DNA from: Lytechinus pictus
Taxonomy: Eukaryota
Assembly (NCBI RefSeq): GCF_037042905.1
Contig: NC_087251.1
Span: 19,594,001-19,658,000 of the forward strand
Length of the DNA: 64,000 nucleotides
Direction of reading: 5' to 3'
Shown: positions 43,880 to 56,622 of the stretch, one piece after another
Layout: every line of letters starts with the position of its first letter
How positions within the stretch are numbered: the stretch's first letter is position 1
Program-made: the position numbers and the translations under genes
Notes under the pieces: model-generated
Database searches by the model: none
What the model saw: the letters and a program-made list of their open reading frames with translations, nothing else
What the model was told of the DNA's origin: nothing

Positions 43880-44770
43880 TGACTGATACGGGTACATGTA
43901 AGCTGTGCAAACCCTCGGGATGAAACGAGTCCTCGATCCGCCCCGGAGCTAGTCCGCTTACGGCTTTATACCCCCTCATCGGATTTAGCCTCAGGCAATG
44001 TGTGCGCCACAGATTCCCTCCCGACACCCAAATACACAGATATATCTACACACACACACTTCGAACAAACCCTCGCGCACACTTGGCTTTCAACATAAGA
44101 TATCACCACGAGGGAGCAGCCCCGTGCTGGATTAATCCTTCCCCGCGCTCTCTTTCCATCGCCCGAAAATCCCGGGCTGGGCTAGCTGGCGTTGGGTGTC
44201 GAAATCCCCCACTCACATCTGCACCTTGCCAGGTAAGCGATACCACGTCATAAATGGAAATGCGTTCTGCTTGATGCCGTCTGTCTCTTTCTACATCTAA
44301 TGTGTACTCGGTACACTGTTTCCAGCCTTTGTGTATCAATTGCTTCGAAATAAGAGGATGAAATACCGAGGACCAAGCTCAAATATTGGTTTCCCACTTC
44401 TCACGTGTCGACCACCAAGCTGTGAAAAGCAAACCCGGTTGCTCCTATTATAGTTCAGAGTAAATTCTTAGGCATCATCACTGCCACCACCATCATCAAC
44501 ATCATCATCTCCCCTTTGCTCCTTTTTTTGCACTTTTTTGTAGATCATTTTCTTACGTCTTTGATACGCCTTGCACTTTTTTCTTCTTCCTTTACCGTTC
44601 ACTTTGGAAGAAAAAATAGGGATCGCGATTAAGTAAACGATGATTTCGTTGTTGCTTGAGCACTTTTAAATTTGCTCAGGAGATGAAAGTCTGAATCCGC
44701 GTGGGAATAGGTAACCCGGGTTTCTCCCGGAGCTCTTCCTTCACCCCACCAGCGCACTTTTGCACCAAAG
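43880..44770. promoter_or_regulatory. Candidate enhancer cluster (Otx-type palindrome, Su(H)-type sites, E-box)
   Basis: GC-rich. GGATTAATCC at 44129-44138, TTCCCAC + TTCTCACG + CACGTG at 44391-44407, CGTGGGAA at 44700-44707. Confidence 0.4.
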
Positions 44771-45372
44771 ATGTTGATTCTGTGATTAAGAACACAAATG
44801 CACCAATCTATAATTTTTACTTTGATTTCGTTTCAATTTTAGCCAGCTACGGAAACATGGTCTAGCTGGTGGAACAGTATACCCGAGTTCGTATTATCAA
44901 AACATTTTCTCGAGTTCCGAAGATATTACTGTGAGTGAAATGAAACTCATTTTCTATTTTACCAATCGATTAGATGACTGAGAAGACATATCCTTTGCCG
45001 GTGTTGAGTGGGGATCGTAAGCCTTGGTGAAGAACAACACCATTTTTCCTGGCCGGTCTCTCATTTGTATTTTTGATCTATTTAATTCTTTGCGAATTTA
45101 TGGCATCTGCTGTCGATATTCACGCGAGAGAAGCGACGAAGAATTATCTCCATCGCAAACTGTCGTATCGAACCAATTTAGTAATGGAACTCGCAAAGAT
45201 TAGATATCAAAAGTAAATTGAAGCAGAATTTTCATCCTTTTATGTATAGAAATGGGCATTAATGATCGGCTGTATAAGGGTGAATCTTGCTGAGTTTCGA
45301 TCACCTTAGAAGTCCACATTAGATAGAAAGCATAAAGATCAGTGTGATAATGTAGATGGTTAGCACTGTTAA

Positions 45373-45788
45373 AGGACAAGTCCACCCCAACAAAAAGTTG
45401 TTTTTTATAAAAGAGAAAAATCCAACAAGCATAATACTGAACATTTCATCAAAATCGGATGTGATATAAGAAAGTTATAACATTTTAATTTTCGCTTAAT
45501 TTCACAAAGTAGTTATATTTACATCCTGGTCGGTATGCAAATGAGGAGACTGATGACGTCATCCACTCACTATTTTTTTGTAGTTTATTATATGAAATAT
45601 GAAATATTTTAATTTTCTCCTCATTGTCAAGTGAAACAACGGGTATTTTTTCAATGAACATGTGGAATTAGCATTGTTTAATACTATATGGTTCAGTCAT
45701 TAAGTTAGTCGTTATTATCAAATCTGTAAAAAATGAAATATTGTATAATTCATACAATATAATACAAAAGAAATAGTGAGTGAGACAT
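45373..45788 (+). mobile_element. Truncated Kolobok-type MITE, same family as 54356-54935
   Basis: Begins ttaa|AGGACAAGTCCACCCC and is highly similar to the first ~410 bp of the 54356 copy; the right end is missing. Confidence 0.85.
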
Positions 45789-48700
45789 TTTCTTGTGTTT
45801 AAATTTTGATATGTTTCGTTTCAAAAAAATAATGAATCATAAAATGCTTAACTTGGTTTAAAGCTTTTGGGGTTGAAGACATGTTCATGGAGAATGCTTA
45901 AATTGCCATGATCGATATTGGGCTTTAATAAGCTTTGTGAACAAGACAAACAACCCTTTTCTCGACAGTTTAAGCGGTCTTGCCCTTCTCGTTTCACAAG
46001 AGTTTTCAATGCATTCCCCTTTTCCTCTGCAGATTTCTGATACGTACACGATAGTTTAATGAAAGTAAAACTGACACCACAAAAACACTTGCTTGGATAA
46101 ATGTTTTTCGAAGTCTGAATGAAAATCGACCAAAAAGATGAGAGGGAAAAGGCGTCGGATATTATTTTTAGGGGTGCAAGTGCCAACGGCATCTCCTGCG
46201 TTCCATATCGGTTTTCATCGAATCCATTCAAAACGATTCTTGTGGTCGGGTTTAGTCTATTTTGTGCAGACGGTCCCGTTCACAATGAAAGGGGGCTCCT
46301 TTCTAAGTTGCTTTCTTCCCCCATCGAATGGTGGATAGCCGTCAATCTTTGCATCGTCCATTCGTTCTGACTGCATGAATAATGAAGTGACATGATAGAA
46401 AATCAGATATGTTTATGATTCAGCTGAGGATTTAGACCAAGCAGAAAGCCATCAAGTTAAAGCTCAACTCATGGGGGAGAAATTAGAGTATGGAAATTGT
46501 TTGAGAATTAATTACACGCCGTGGAACCGGAAGCCCTTTTGTGGGAAGCGTCGTAAAGAGAGGGTTTATTTTGGCGCGTAGATGGCAGGCAGAAATGTTG
46601 TTTCACATGTCTCCACACAGGGGTGTACCTATCGATAATTCTGGTTCATCTTCATCAAACAATCGGGACACAAGCTGGTCCGCTAGACGCCTAATCATAA
46701 GATTTAGGGAACTAGAATGCAGAGAAAGCTCCGTCCCAGTTCCATATTTGAAGCATGAATCGCAGACTACAATACAATAATTCACAACAGCGAGAAAGAT
46801 TATTTTTCCAAAAATACCCCCCAAAAGTATCTGCTGGGTTGGTTGAGACTCTTTGGAGATTGTGCGGTCGACTGCGAATAACGAACGGGAGAGCACGGGG
46901 CAAAGAAAGCGTTTAGCAAGAGTGAGAAATTTGGCGGGATTCTTGCCATTTGCTTATGAATAAAACACAAGATATGGGAGTGAGTTGTAGAAAAGGGACA
47001 ACAGAGATATTCAAGTGGCAATATTCATGGGGCTATAGATGAGATTATTTTTCCCCGACTCAGGATAAGATGGAGACGACTCTTAATGCAACGCTTCAAC
47101 AGGAAGCCACAAGTATTCAGTCGGACGCCATTATTTGATTAAGTCTTCGCCTTATGACTTTAGATTGTTTTGAGAGTATATATGCCCGTCGATTGAAGAT
47201 GAATTTCTTATTCATATCTTCGTCAGCTAAGCACAAGTATAGGCCTCATTCTTATGTTATTCATCGTGTTTATACCTCAATGATCTAATCTAACCAGCCG
47301 CAATTATACGATTTACGATTCTTCAACAAGATCTTGAAAAATCACTTTTCATCCGTCGTGGTATGAATAGATGATAAGATTGGCGGAAAAGAAGAAACTA
47401 TAATAAAGAAAGACAACATATTGATTCTCAACTGGGTGGAAAAATATCAAGGACAGATATTCGATTCGAAAAACGATTTCATAAAAACATCATGATATGA
47501 ATAACTAATGATTTTATTCAAAGATTATGGCGATGTTCTTTACGTTATGCCCACACGAAGGGCTGACGTGGGTTGAATTTTGTTTTCTTGACATCTCGTA
47601 TTTTGATAGCTAGTTCACTGTTCATCTATCTGTGATAACACGAAAATCAGTTCAAGTCAGGCAAAACTTAACATGACTTCAGGCTTTGGTATTCCGTTGT
47701 CTTTCCCGGATGAACAACTGCAAAATTGTTTGATAGAATTGTGACTTCATTGTCAAATAATAAATCTTCAGCCCCGAGTAAAAGGTCTTATTATATTGTA
47801 CTTTTAAGGGTGAGCAATAATATTTATGGGGTCTGTTACACAAAACAAACTTACGAAAAAAATTCTGGAACATGAAATGCTTGATAAAATTTCATTTTTT
47901 ATTATTATTATGTCTAAGAAGGTGTGTCTGTATTTCCAATAAAAAGCAATAAAACTATGGCCTAAAATTAACAAAATAATTTAAGTTCATTTCACGTTTA
48001 AACTTCAGTTTATTTGATTTATAATGATTAAGATTGACCTTTGCCATATTCATGATATTGCTATTAATTGCTATATTTTTCATCATCAAATTCTTTAGTA
48101 AATTTATCATGCACTTACGAAATGCTTTGTGAAACTTCACCTGATGTGCATTTATAATGAAAAACAAAAGAAGATGTACAGCACGATGAGTTTGAATTTG
48201 AATGTAAATGTCCATGGTTCTTTCAAACTCAGAATCAAAACTAGAAAGCTATATCGGATTTTAACATAAGTGTTTATCACCTTTTCTCAATAATCGACCT
48301 GTAGGTCCATGCTTCAATCGATCTACTGTTGATTTGAAATTGACCACCGGTCAGCAGGCGCCCTCTATAAAGGAAAATCTAAAAAGTAACGACCGAACTT
48401 TTTCTCTTCATAAATATGGCAGTTTGATTGTAAAATCTATCCACACTCATTAGATTTGCGGTCGTCTATTTCACACGTAATTATATATATTCTTTCATTT
48501 TATCTGACAATGAACATAATGAATTCAAATTGTAAAGATAAGTGATCATAAGAATTACTAGAATAAGTTTATTAAATTGCCAGAGAAACATTATACATTG
48601 AAAATATAATGGAAACAAGTTCTGATACTTTTGAATGATAGATTTTGTTTGTCAGAAGCGAAAACAAGAAGGGAGCATCTCATCTAAAAAAGTACTAATT

Positions 48701-51700
48701 ATCACCCCAAAGAAGATGACACTCCCGCCCCCCGTCCTGATTTCCCTCGTCATTAATTCATAAAGGGGGAGGGAGGGGTTCAGAAGAAGATAACTTTCTT
48801 CACATTGTAATAAGAGTGTACACATTTTGGCGCAAGGGTCCCTAGCCTTCCTTTTATCCGGGACTGTTTGTCTTCATCAGCTCCCCCGTTTTCATTCTCC
48901 CTGTGTTTATATGCATATGTTGTGAAACGTTTTATGCATATGTTGTGAAACTAACAAAATTAATAAAATTTGATTTTTCGCAATGGAATGAAATGTTTTC
49001 TGTATTAAACTTAACTTGAAACATCTTCACTTTCTCCTATTACATCCGGTTTTGATGAAAGTTAATGAGTGCTTGAAGAATTTTATCCCTACATTATGTA
49101 CGAGGCTTAAAAACAACACCATTAACTTTTGAAATATGTAAATATAACTACGTGACCGGAATTATTGCAAGATGATTTCTTGTGCATCTTTCACGAAATT
49201 AAGCATTAAAAAAAACTCTTTGATTACACCATTATTACAAAAAAAAAACACTTTCCATGATCCTGGTTCCTTATTCATGCTTTTGAAAAATGATCCAGAC
49301 ATAACAAAAATAACAACAATAAAAAAAAACATATTAATTACCAAAAAAAAAACGTTTCCAAGTAATCACTTAATCGAGCTTCCAAAAAAGTTACAAAAAG
49401 CAGATTTTATTTGTACATTCGGCTCCATCCTCACATAAAATCAACGAAAATGGCCCAAAACACGCGCTATCACACACACACACCCTCACACTCACCCACA
49501 CTCTCAAGGTATCACTCTACCATTTATCGATAATCCCTTCTAAATGAATTGATGTTTCGTAGACATGTTTAAGAATTCTTCCAATACTCCACACCTGATC
49601 TCCTGAGTTTCAAAAGGCTCTTGGTGGGGTTTCTTTTGTCTTGACCATGATCAGGAAGTATCTCTCTTTAAAGAATGAACTATTAATTCAGTTCATTTAC
49701 CTCGACAAAATATTGCTACGCATTGTCAATATTCTTCACAAAATACATATAATTCCCGAAGTGTTCGTTTATTTATTTTTTCTTCTTCACGGGTATTTGG
49801 TATATCATCGAAAAGTTTGGTGGCAACAAAAGCCGTGGTGATTGGCATCAATGGTCGAAAATCCGTCCCTTACAAATGATCAGGGGGCGTGAAAATGCAG
49901 CCAAAACGGCTAATGGATTCCACATCGACTGAAAGAGAAGGTAACAATAGCTGTGAATCGGAGGAGGAAACTGGCCTTTTTCAAGCCACGAAATCGAAGC
50001 TTCGACAAAGAGATGCTGTAAGAAGGAAAAGAATTGATGGGGGATTGAATTAAGGGTGAGAAGGAGAGAATGCTCCGCCCCAACCATTAGACACAAAACC
50101 ATACAATCCCGGACGGTGACTAAAGTGGAAGGAATCGAAGTTCTTCGCCTCATTCTATGAATAAAGAGCGCTATGGACACCCAGGATATAAAAGGACACA
50201 TCCATACATTTTCTTATCATTATGAGATTATTCAAAAGTAAACCCCTTTCATTTAGTGGTGGCACTTTCTAATCTACCTAGATTGGTTTCGCTCTAAAGA
50301 ACCTTAAACCTTTTCATCAACTGACTATCTCCCATTAGTTTGATCGCACTCTCCTTTTGTTAACGTTGAAATAGGGACCGCTCTTAACATGCTTATGGGT
50401 GACAGTTAGAAGTCATCGCGAGAAGTTGGTGCGAAACTATTCTCTTGTTTGATTATTTTTATCATTGATGTTCCAAGGCACTCTCAAATCGGATATGAAT
50501 GTAAATTAATTGTCAGGCATATAAGCTGTTGATTCGAGACAAATTCTTCCGATTGTGTAAGTTGTTTTCTCGTTTGATGTTTCCCAAGTAATAGCCATTC
50601 ACAATCGGATGCCCCTTTACCCGATTATTTTATTTCTCAATTTACCAAATTGTATAAGCTCTGTTTGTCCGTTTTATCATCAAAAGAAAAGGTATATATT
50701 CCAATGAACAATGTCTACACTTAGTCAGTTGATGAGGGAACATGAAGGCAAAGTGATAAAGTAGATTAAGCAGGAAGCATAGATGATGTGTTAACAATAG
50801 TATTCGGCACAGAATAAAAAGGGAAACAAACTTAAAATTATAAATTATGATGAAAACATTCCATCATCACAACCCCAAGTTTCTCACACGTTTACATTTT
50901 AAAAAGGCGGATAAAAATGACCAATAAAAGAAAACATATACCGTATCATCATATAAGAATGCAAATTATACTGTTATTTTCAATTTTTGCATTCACTTTA
51001 GTGCATTTTTCTTATTGTTGATAAAATCAGATGTCGGGTGTAGGACTATAGCGTCAAGAAGAAATAAATCTCGAAAACTCTTAATAATGATTGACATCCA
51101 GATGAAATGTTATTTTGACATATCACATTTTTGCGCTCTGGGCGTATTTTGGAAAGTGTTCTTTTTTAAATAAATGTGGCTCATTTGCTTGGGAACTGTA
51201 AATTCAATGTCAATGCCAACTATGGTGGTTGTGGCTGCAATAGCGTATTAAAAGATAGATAGATGCCTTGTAATATCAATGATAAGTGATAATTCATATG
51301 CATTCGTATATTTTAGCCACATCGGGAAAAAATCAAACCACCCGCCAAATCAAACAGAGGTTTCATTTATGTCCTTTATCGACTTAACTGAGAGATATTG
51401 AACTATATACCATAAGAAAATGAAATTATGTATTTATGTTAAGTGCGAAAAACTGTGCAGATGGCTCCTTGGTACGAGCCATGGGTCTACCGTGGTATAG
51501 GCTTTAGCACTTCCACATTACCTAATGCCTTATATTTCTTTTCGACACCTCGTATCTTGATTGGCAGTCGAGATACCAGGTTTCATAGCTCTTTCTATTT
51601 GTTTTCCTGCCTCATTTGTGTACATTGATGATAGCGATGTTTGTGGAATCTACACAATCAAGCTGCCTTGTTAAGTTTGTGAACGGAGGTGGGTAGGCGA

Positions 51701-52119
51701 TTCCGAGCCAAGCCAGCCGGTGGGGCGTGGTGGGTCTTTGTGGAGATATCATCGCTTGTGTACATACAGACTCGGATAAAACGGCAGGAAATGCCATGAT
51801 AGTTATGAAAACATCACCACAATGCCTGTGTTAACTCTGAGCAAAGAAGCGAAGATAAACAATTAACCTGTCTCATGGCTTAATCTGTTTCTCTGGTCGC
51901 TTGTCTATATTTCAATCAAAAAAGGTATTAAAAAACTTATTTCCCTTCCTTCCGTTGCTAGAAAGGTTTAACCCCCTACCCCTTATTCTCTCTCAACTTT
52001 ACTGCTCCCATTCGCTCTTATTAATCAATGTCTCTCATGTTTTCTACCCAAGTTTGTTCAGTATTCTCCACTGATTTCAGCATGTTCACTCTGCTATGCC
52101 TACCATTGTATTTTTTTAG

Positions 52120-52133
52120 CCAAGAGGTGGCGC
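52120..52133 (+). promoter_or_regulatory. CTCF-like motif
   Basis: CCAAGAGGTGGCGC matches 12 of 14 positions of the core CCASYAGRKGGCRS. Motif match only. Confidence 0.4.
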
Positions 52134-52876
52134 TCGATCTACCTAAAAACATTGCCCCTGGAGAATTCTTTACCGCAAGACATCAACTTCTCGGCAAATA
52201 AAAACGAATGCGAAATCAAATAAAATTCAATACGTGTTATCCACTGACCAACCTTCGGTAGCTCAAAAAAAATGTCAAACGAATGAATTGAAGAAATATA
52301 ATGAAAACATCAGAATGGTTTGTATGGAACCTAATTATAACATACTTAATCCAACAAAAAATGAAAGTGCGATGAATTGTCCAATATAATACCCTTTTAC
52401 TGCAATGCAGGTATATATAATTTTCATGGAGCTGTCAATAATCTTCTCTTAAAAAAAAACAATTATCCATCTATTGATTGATATGGTTTATTGAAATCTA
52501 AAGTATTGTATTATTTACGAAGAAATAAAGCGTTTCAATTTCATCTTGGAGAATTCAGTGTTATTGCTGAGGCAAACACTTTTGCGAGAAAATGAAATTA
52601 GGGATGGACCAGACGACTGGACAATCGAGATGCGGGACACTATCCCATCCAGCTATCGTAATTAGCTGTCAAGATGTGAAGAGACACAACTTCCGATAGC
52701 GTTCTCTTGAGTTTATCTCTAATGCTTATCGCGACGTGTCAGTGCCTAGTGTGTCTAAGGAAGGGATTGTGTCAGGTCTGATCTCTTAACCGAAGCTCTA
52801 CCATGATCTGATCTAAACCAGGTTTGATCCGTGTGGGTAAATGGTCAGGGATGGAGAGAAGATGGGGGGCGGGTGT

Positions 52877-53040
52877 CCAGTGGCGTAGCAAGAGATTGTG
52901 CGAGTAAGGGTGCAGCTACAAAGAGAAAATACAGGTGAAATTTAACAAAAAAGCGAATGAAATTAGGAATGATACTGTCAGAGAAGAGGGGAAATGAACT
53001 TTCAAAAGAGGACATACATGTAGTTGTTTGAATTAACAAA
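52877..53040 (+). mobile_element. Left end of a hAT-type MITE (CAGTGGCGTAGC terminus); partner end not found
   Basis: Begins CAGTGGCGTAGC, the same terminus type as the orphan right end TACGCCACTG at 62356-62365. Confidence 0.4.
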
Positions 53041-53767
53041 GAATGGGAAGAGATATACTTATACTATCATGAAAATGCCTAAGATAAAGAAAGAAGATAA
53101 AAAAAATAAAGATATATTTGGAAGTGGGACGGGATTATTTTGGAAGAGGGAGGAGAGAGAAGAAGATGACGGGGGGGGGTAAATGGAAGAAGATGAATAT
53201 CATTGGAAGGACAGAGTGTAAATCGGGAGGAAGGAGTGAGGACGAGTTGCATAGGAAGGGTGTGAGGGGAGATGGGTATATTTGAAGGACAGGCCTAAGA
53301 AGATGGATGGAGTGATAGAAGGAGAAAAGAATGTCATTTCTACCGTCGAAAACGAAGTCGAAATCTGTGTCCTCGAAACATCATTCGGGATAGCGCATGA
53401 CAAGTACGACAAGCGTGAAATTGCAACTGTTTACTGTATAGAAGAGGAGCTCACCACCAAGACAATGTCACTCTGTCACTATTCAGGGAATCCAGTGATA
53501 CTCGATCTTCTAAAGATTTCAAAGAGTAAGAAAGGGTAAATAATATCGAGACTTTGCAGAAAACGTGCGAAGGGGGTGGGACGACTTCATAAATTTTCAA
53601 ACTCTTCCCTTCCATGGATTTGTCTTTTTCATGGATTTTCAAAGAAAGAGCATTAAATCCAAAAAAAGAAAAATCACTCAAGGAATGCTCGACCGCTTTC
53701 CTCCCTCACTTATGATTTGACATCACGAATATCATGCGTATACTTGCCTCTATAATTATGCGATTGT

Positions 53768-54351
53768 GGGAGAATGAAACCCTTGAAACCAGCTGAATCC
53801 ATATCAAAGAGAAAAATCAAAGAAACATATTGTTGAAAGTTTGAGGAAGATTGAATGAATAATAAGAAAGTTATGAGCATTTGAATATTGAGATCACTAA
53901 TGCCATGTAGATCCTCCTATTGGCAATGCGACCAAGATCTGTGATGTCACACACGTACAACTCCCTCATTACTTTAGTACTTATTTCACGTATATTTTCA
54001 CTTTTATAGAGTCTATCACAAGGTGAGGTGTTCTCTTTATGAGAGGACAAGTACAGAGGTTTCAAAACATTATATCATTGATGAATCGTTTGTCATATGA
54101 TTAGAATGAGCAAAAAGAGATGTTTTGGGGTATATTTTCAGTGTCCAAAAGGGGAGAGTTGTTCATCTGTGACATCATAGATCTTGGTCGCATTGCCAAT
54201 GGGAGGATCTCCATAGCATTAGTGATCTCGACATTCAAATGCTCATAACTCTTCTATTGCTAGTCCTATTTTACTCAAACTTTTGTTGATCTTATTCTTT
54301 GATTTTTCTGCTTTCACAAAAGCTAACTTGCTCCAAGAGTTTCATTCTCCT
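53768..54351. mobile_element. Kolobok-type MITE (family A) with long imperfect inverted arms
   Basis: GGGAGAATGAAACccttg ... caagaGTTTCATTCTCCT|ttaa. Internal inverted match between agttatgagcatttgaat...attggcaatgcgaccaagatctgtgatgtcaca and tgtgacatcatagatcttggtcgcattgccaat...attcaaatgctcataact. Confidence 0.85.
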
Positions 54352-54355
54352 TTAA

Positions 54356-54935
54356 AGGACAAGTCCACCCCAAAAAATAATTGATTTGAATAAAAAGAGA
54401 AAAATCCAATAAGCATAATACTGAAAATTTCATCAAAATCGGATGTGAAATTAGAAAGTTATGTCATTTTAAAGTTTAGCTTAATTTCACAAAACAGTTA
54501 TATTCACATCCTGGTCGGTATGCAAATGAGAAGACTGATGACGTCATCCACTCACTATTTCTTTTGTATTTTATTATATGAAATATTCTAATTTTCTCCT
54601 CATTGTCACGTGAAACAACGGGTATTTCCTCCATGAACATGTGGAATTAGCATTGTTTAATACGGTACGGTTGAGTCAAGTTGGTCCTTATTATCAAATC
54701 TGTAAAAAATGAAATATTGTATAATTCATACAATATAATACAAAAGAAATAGTAAGTGAGGGACATCATCGACTGTCTCATTTGCATGTCACCGAGTTGT
54801 GCATATCACTTTTTTTGTGAAAATAAGCGAAACTTTCTTATTTTTCATCCGATTTTGATGAAATTTTCAGCATTATGCTAGTTTGTTTTTTCTCTATTCA
54901 TTCAAATCAACATTTTACTGGAGTGGACTTGACCT
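54356..54935. mobile_element. Full-length Kolobok-type MITE (family B)
   Basis: ttaa|AGGACAAGTCCACCCCA ... TGGAGTGGACTTGACCT|ttat, with long inverted arms (aaaatttcatcaaaatcggatg versus catccgattttgatgaaatttt). Confidence 0.88.
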
Positions 54936-55522
54936 TTATCTAATAAAAGTATGGCTTCTCTTGTACCATCTCATGAAAGTAACAGCATGGATGCACTACT
55001 TTGGGGCTACATAATATACCAATCGGCCTCAGAAGTGTCTTTTCTCCGCTGTAAGTATGAATTTCTTCTATTATTTTGTTCTCCACCATTATTATAGTTA
55101 ATTGACCTACAAGCGAATTATAAACCCTTTATATCCATATTTCAGCAGAAAACCTGTCTCCCCAGATCAAAAAAACATACTGGTCCGCCCCGGAGAGTAG
55201 AGTGTGGGGTCGAGGAATATAGTATCATTTACTGAGATTTGAGGGATATTGGTGTGACGTGACACTGTCGCCTCCGTCTTTAGACTGTCATTTTCAAGAG
55301 AAATTATCCTTCTGTCCCAGCGACAGGGAAGTATACAACGCGATCTGTGGCATGATTGTGAGAAGATAATGTACATTTCAGGATTTTATTGATTTGCATC
55401 AGCAGAACATTTATGTGTGATTTGGAATGAAAAGTTGATAAAACCATAAGAAAGAATAAAGCCTTAAAAGTATAGCCCCTCCGTATGAAGTACGAATATT
55501 TGATGAGGGCATATGTTTTATG

Positions 55523-56622
55523 AGATTTAGATTTATTCATTTTCCGTTCACAAAGCACAACAAAATCAAAGTAACAATACATAGTCAAATTTAAAGTACA
55601 CTATCAATCGGAATAATACATAAGAATTAGAAGGTATAAACAATGAGAACCAATGCGAACTAAAGTAACTTTGACAAATAACTACAGAACGGAGGGGCTT
55701 GCCAAGAAAAGCAAAGCTTGTATGGGAGGTAAGCCCCTGTAACTTAGTTTCAATACGCAGAGACAACACTACAAAACTATAGTATAAAGGAGAGACGGAA
55801 GACAGTTTAAAAGGAGGCTATACAAAATATCGAAGGTAACGACGAAATAGTGACACAAATTAGAATAAATGATAATAGTAATAATACAAAAATAAAACTA
55901 AAAAAATACTATGGTTACAATAATTGTGATAATGAGGGAGGAACAGAGAGGCAAATGTAGGGAGAGAGAGGGGGGGGGTGCAGGTACAATTGGAGGTGCA
56001 AAGAGGAGCATGGCAGGTGCGGGAACAGGTCGGCATGCAAGTTGTATCCTAGGAGGTAAAACAAAAGTTTTTTAGTAGTTTTTGTTGTAGTTTTAGTTAA
56101 ATGGTAGATTGACTTGTTTGTGTAAAGTATTGGCAAATAAGCATCTTTTTAAGGTTATGTTTAAAAATAGTGATGATTGGGGATTCCTTAAAGTCGTTGG
56201 GTAAGGAATTCCAATACAAGGGACCAGAAAAGACAAATATTTTTTTTGCAAGTAAAGTTCGGGTTGGAGGTAGGTGATAAGAGTTTCGTCGTCTTGTAGG
56301 ATAATCGTGTACAGAGGAGTTTTTGCAGAACATAATTGAAAATATTGCGGGGAGATCATCTTTATTTAATTTGTACATAAATTGGCCGAGTTGGAACAGA
56401 TATATATTATTAACTTTAAGGATTTTATTTTCAAAAAGTAATTTATCTGTGTGACATCTAAAATGTGTATGAAATATTATCCTAAGTGCTTTTTTCTGTA
56501 ACAAAAGTATCCTATGTAATTGTGTTTGAATCGCACAACCCCATGCCAAAATACCGTAATTAATGTATGGTAATATTAAGGTGTGATATAGTGTAAGTAG
56601 TGTACGAGATGGAAGAAAAAAG
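55523..56622 (-). mobile_element. 5'-truncated non-LTR retrotransposon (CR1/L2 group, Crack/Daphne-like): ORF2 C-terminus, 3' UTR and tail
   Basis: Minus-strand translation FFLPSRTLLTLYHTLILPYINYGILAWG...LQKKALRII...H.Y.TR...GPLYWNSLP...FKHNLK is the typical region after the reverse transcriptase domain. The 3' end is AATAAATCTAAATCT, with possible TTATG duplication on both sides. Confidence 0.9.
56097..56622 (-). pseudogene. Fragment of LINE ORF2 (RT C-terminal region), open frame of ~175 codons
   Basis: ORF track 56097..56549 plus an in-frame upstream extension to the truncation point; the endonuclease and RT core are absent. Confidence 0.85.
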
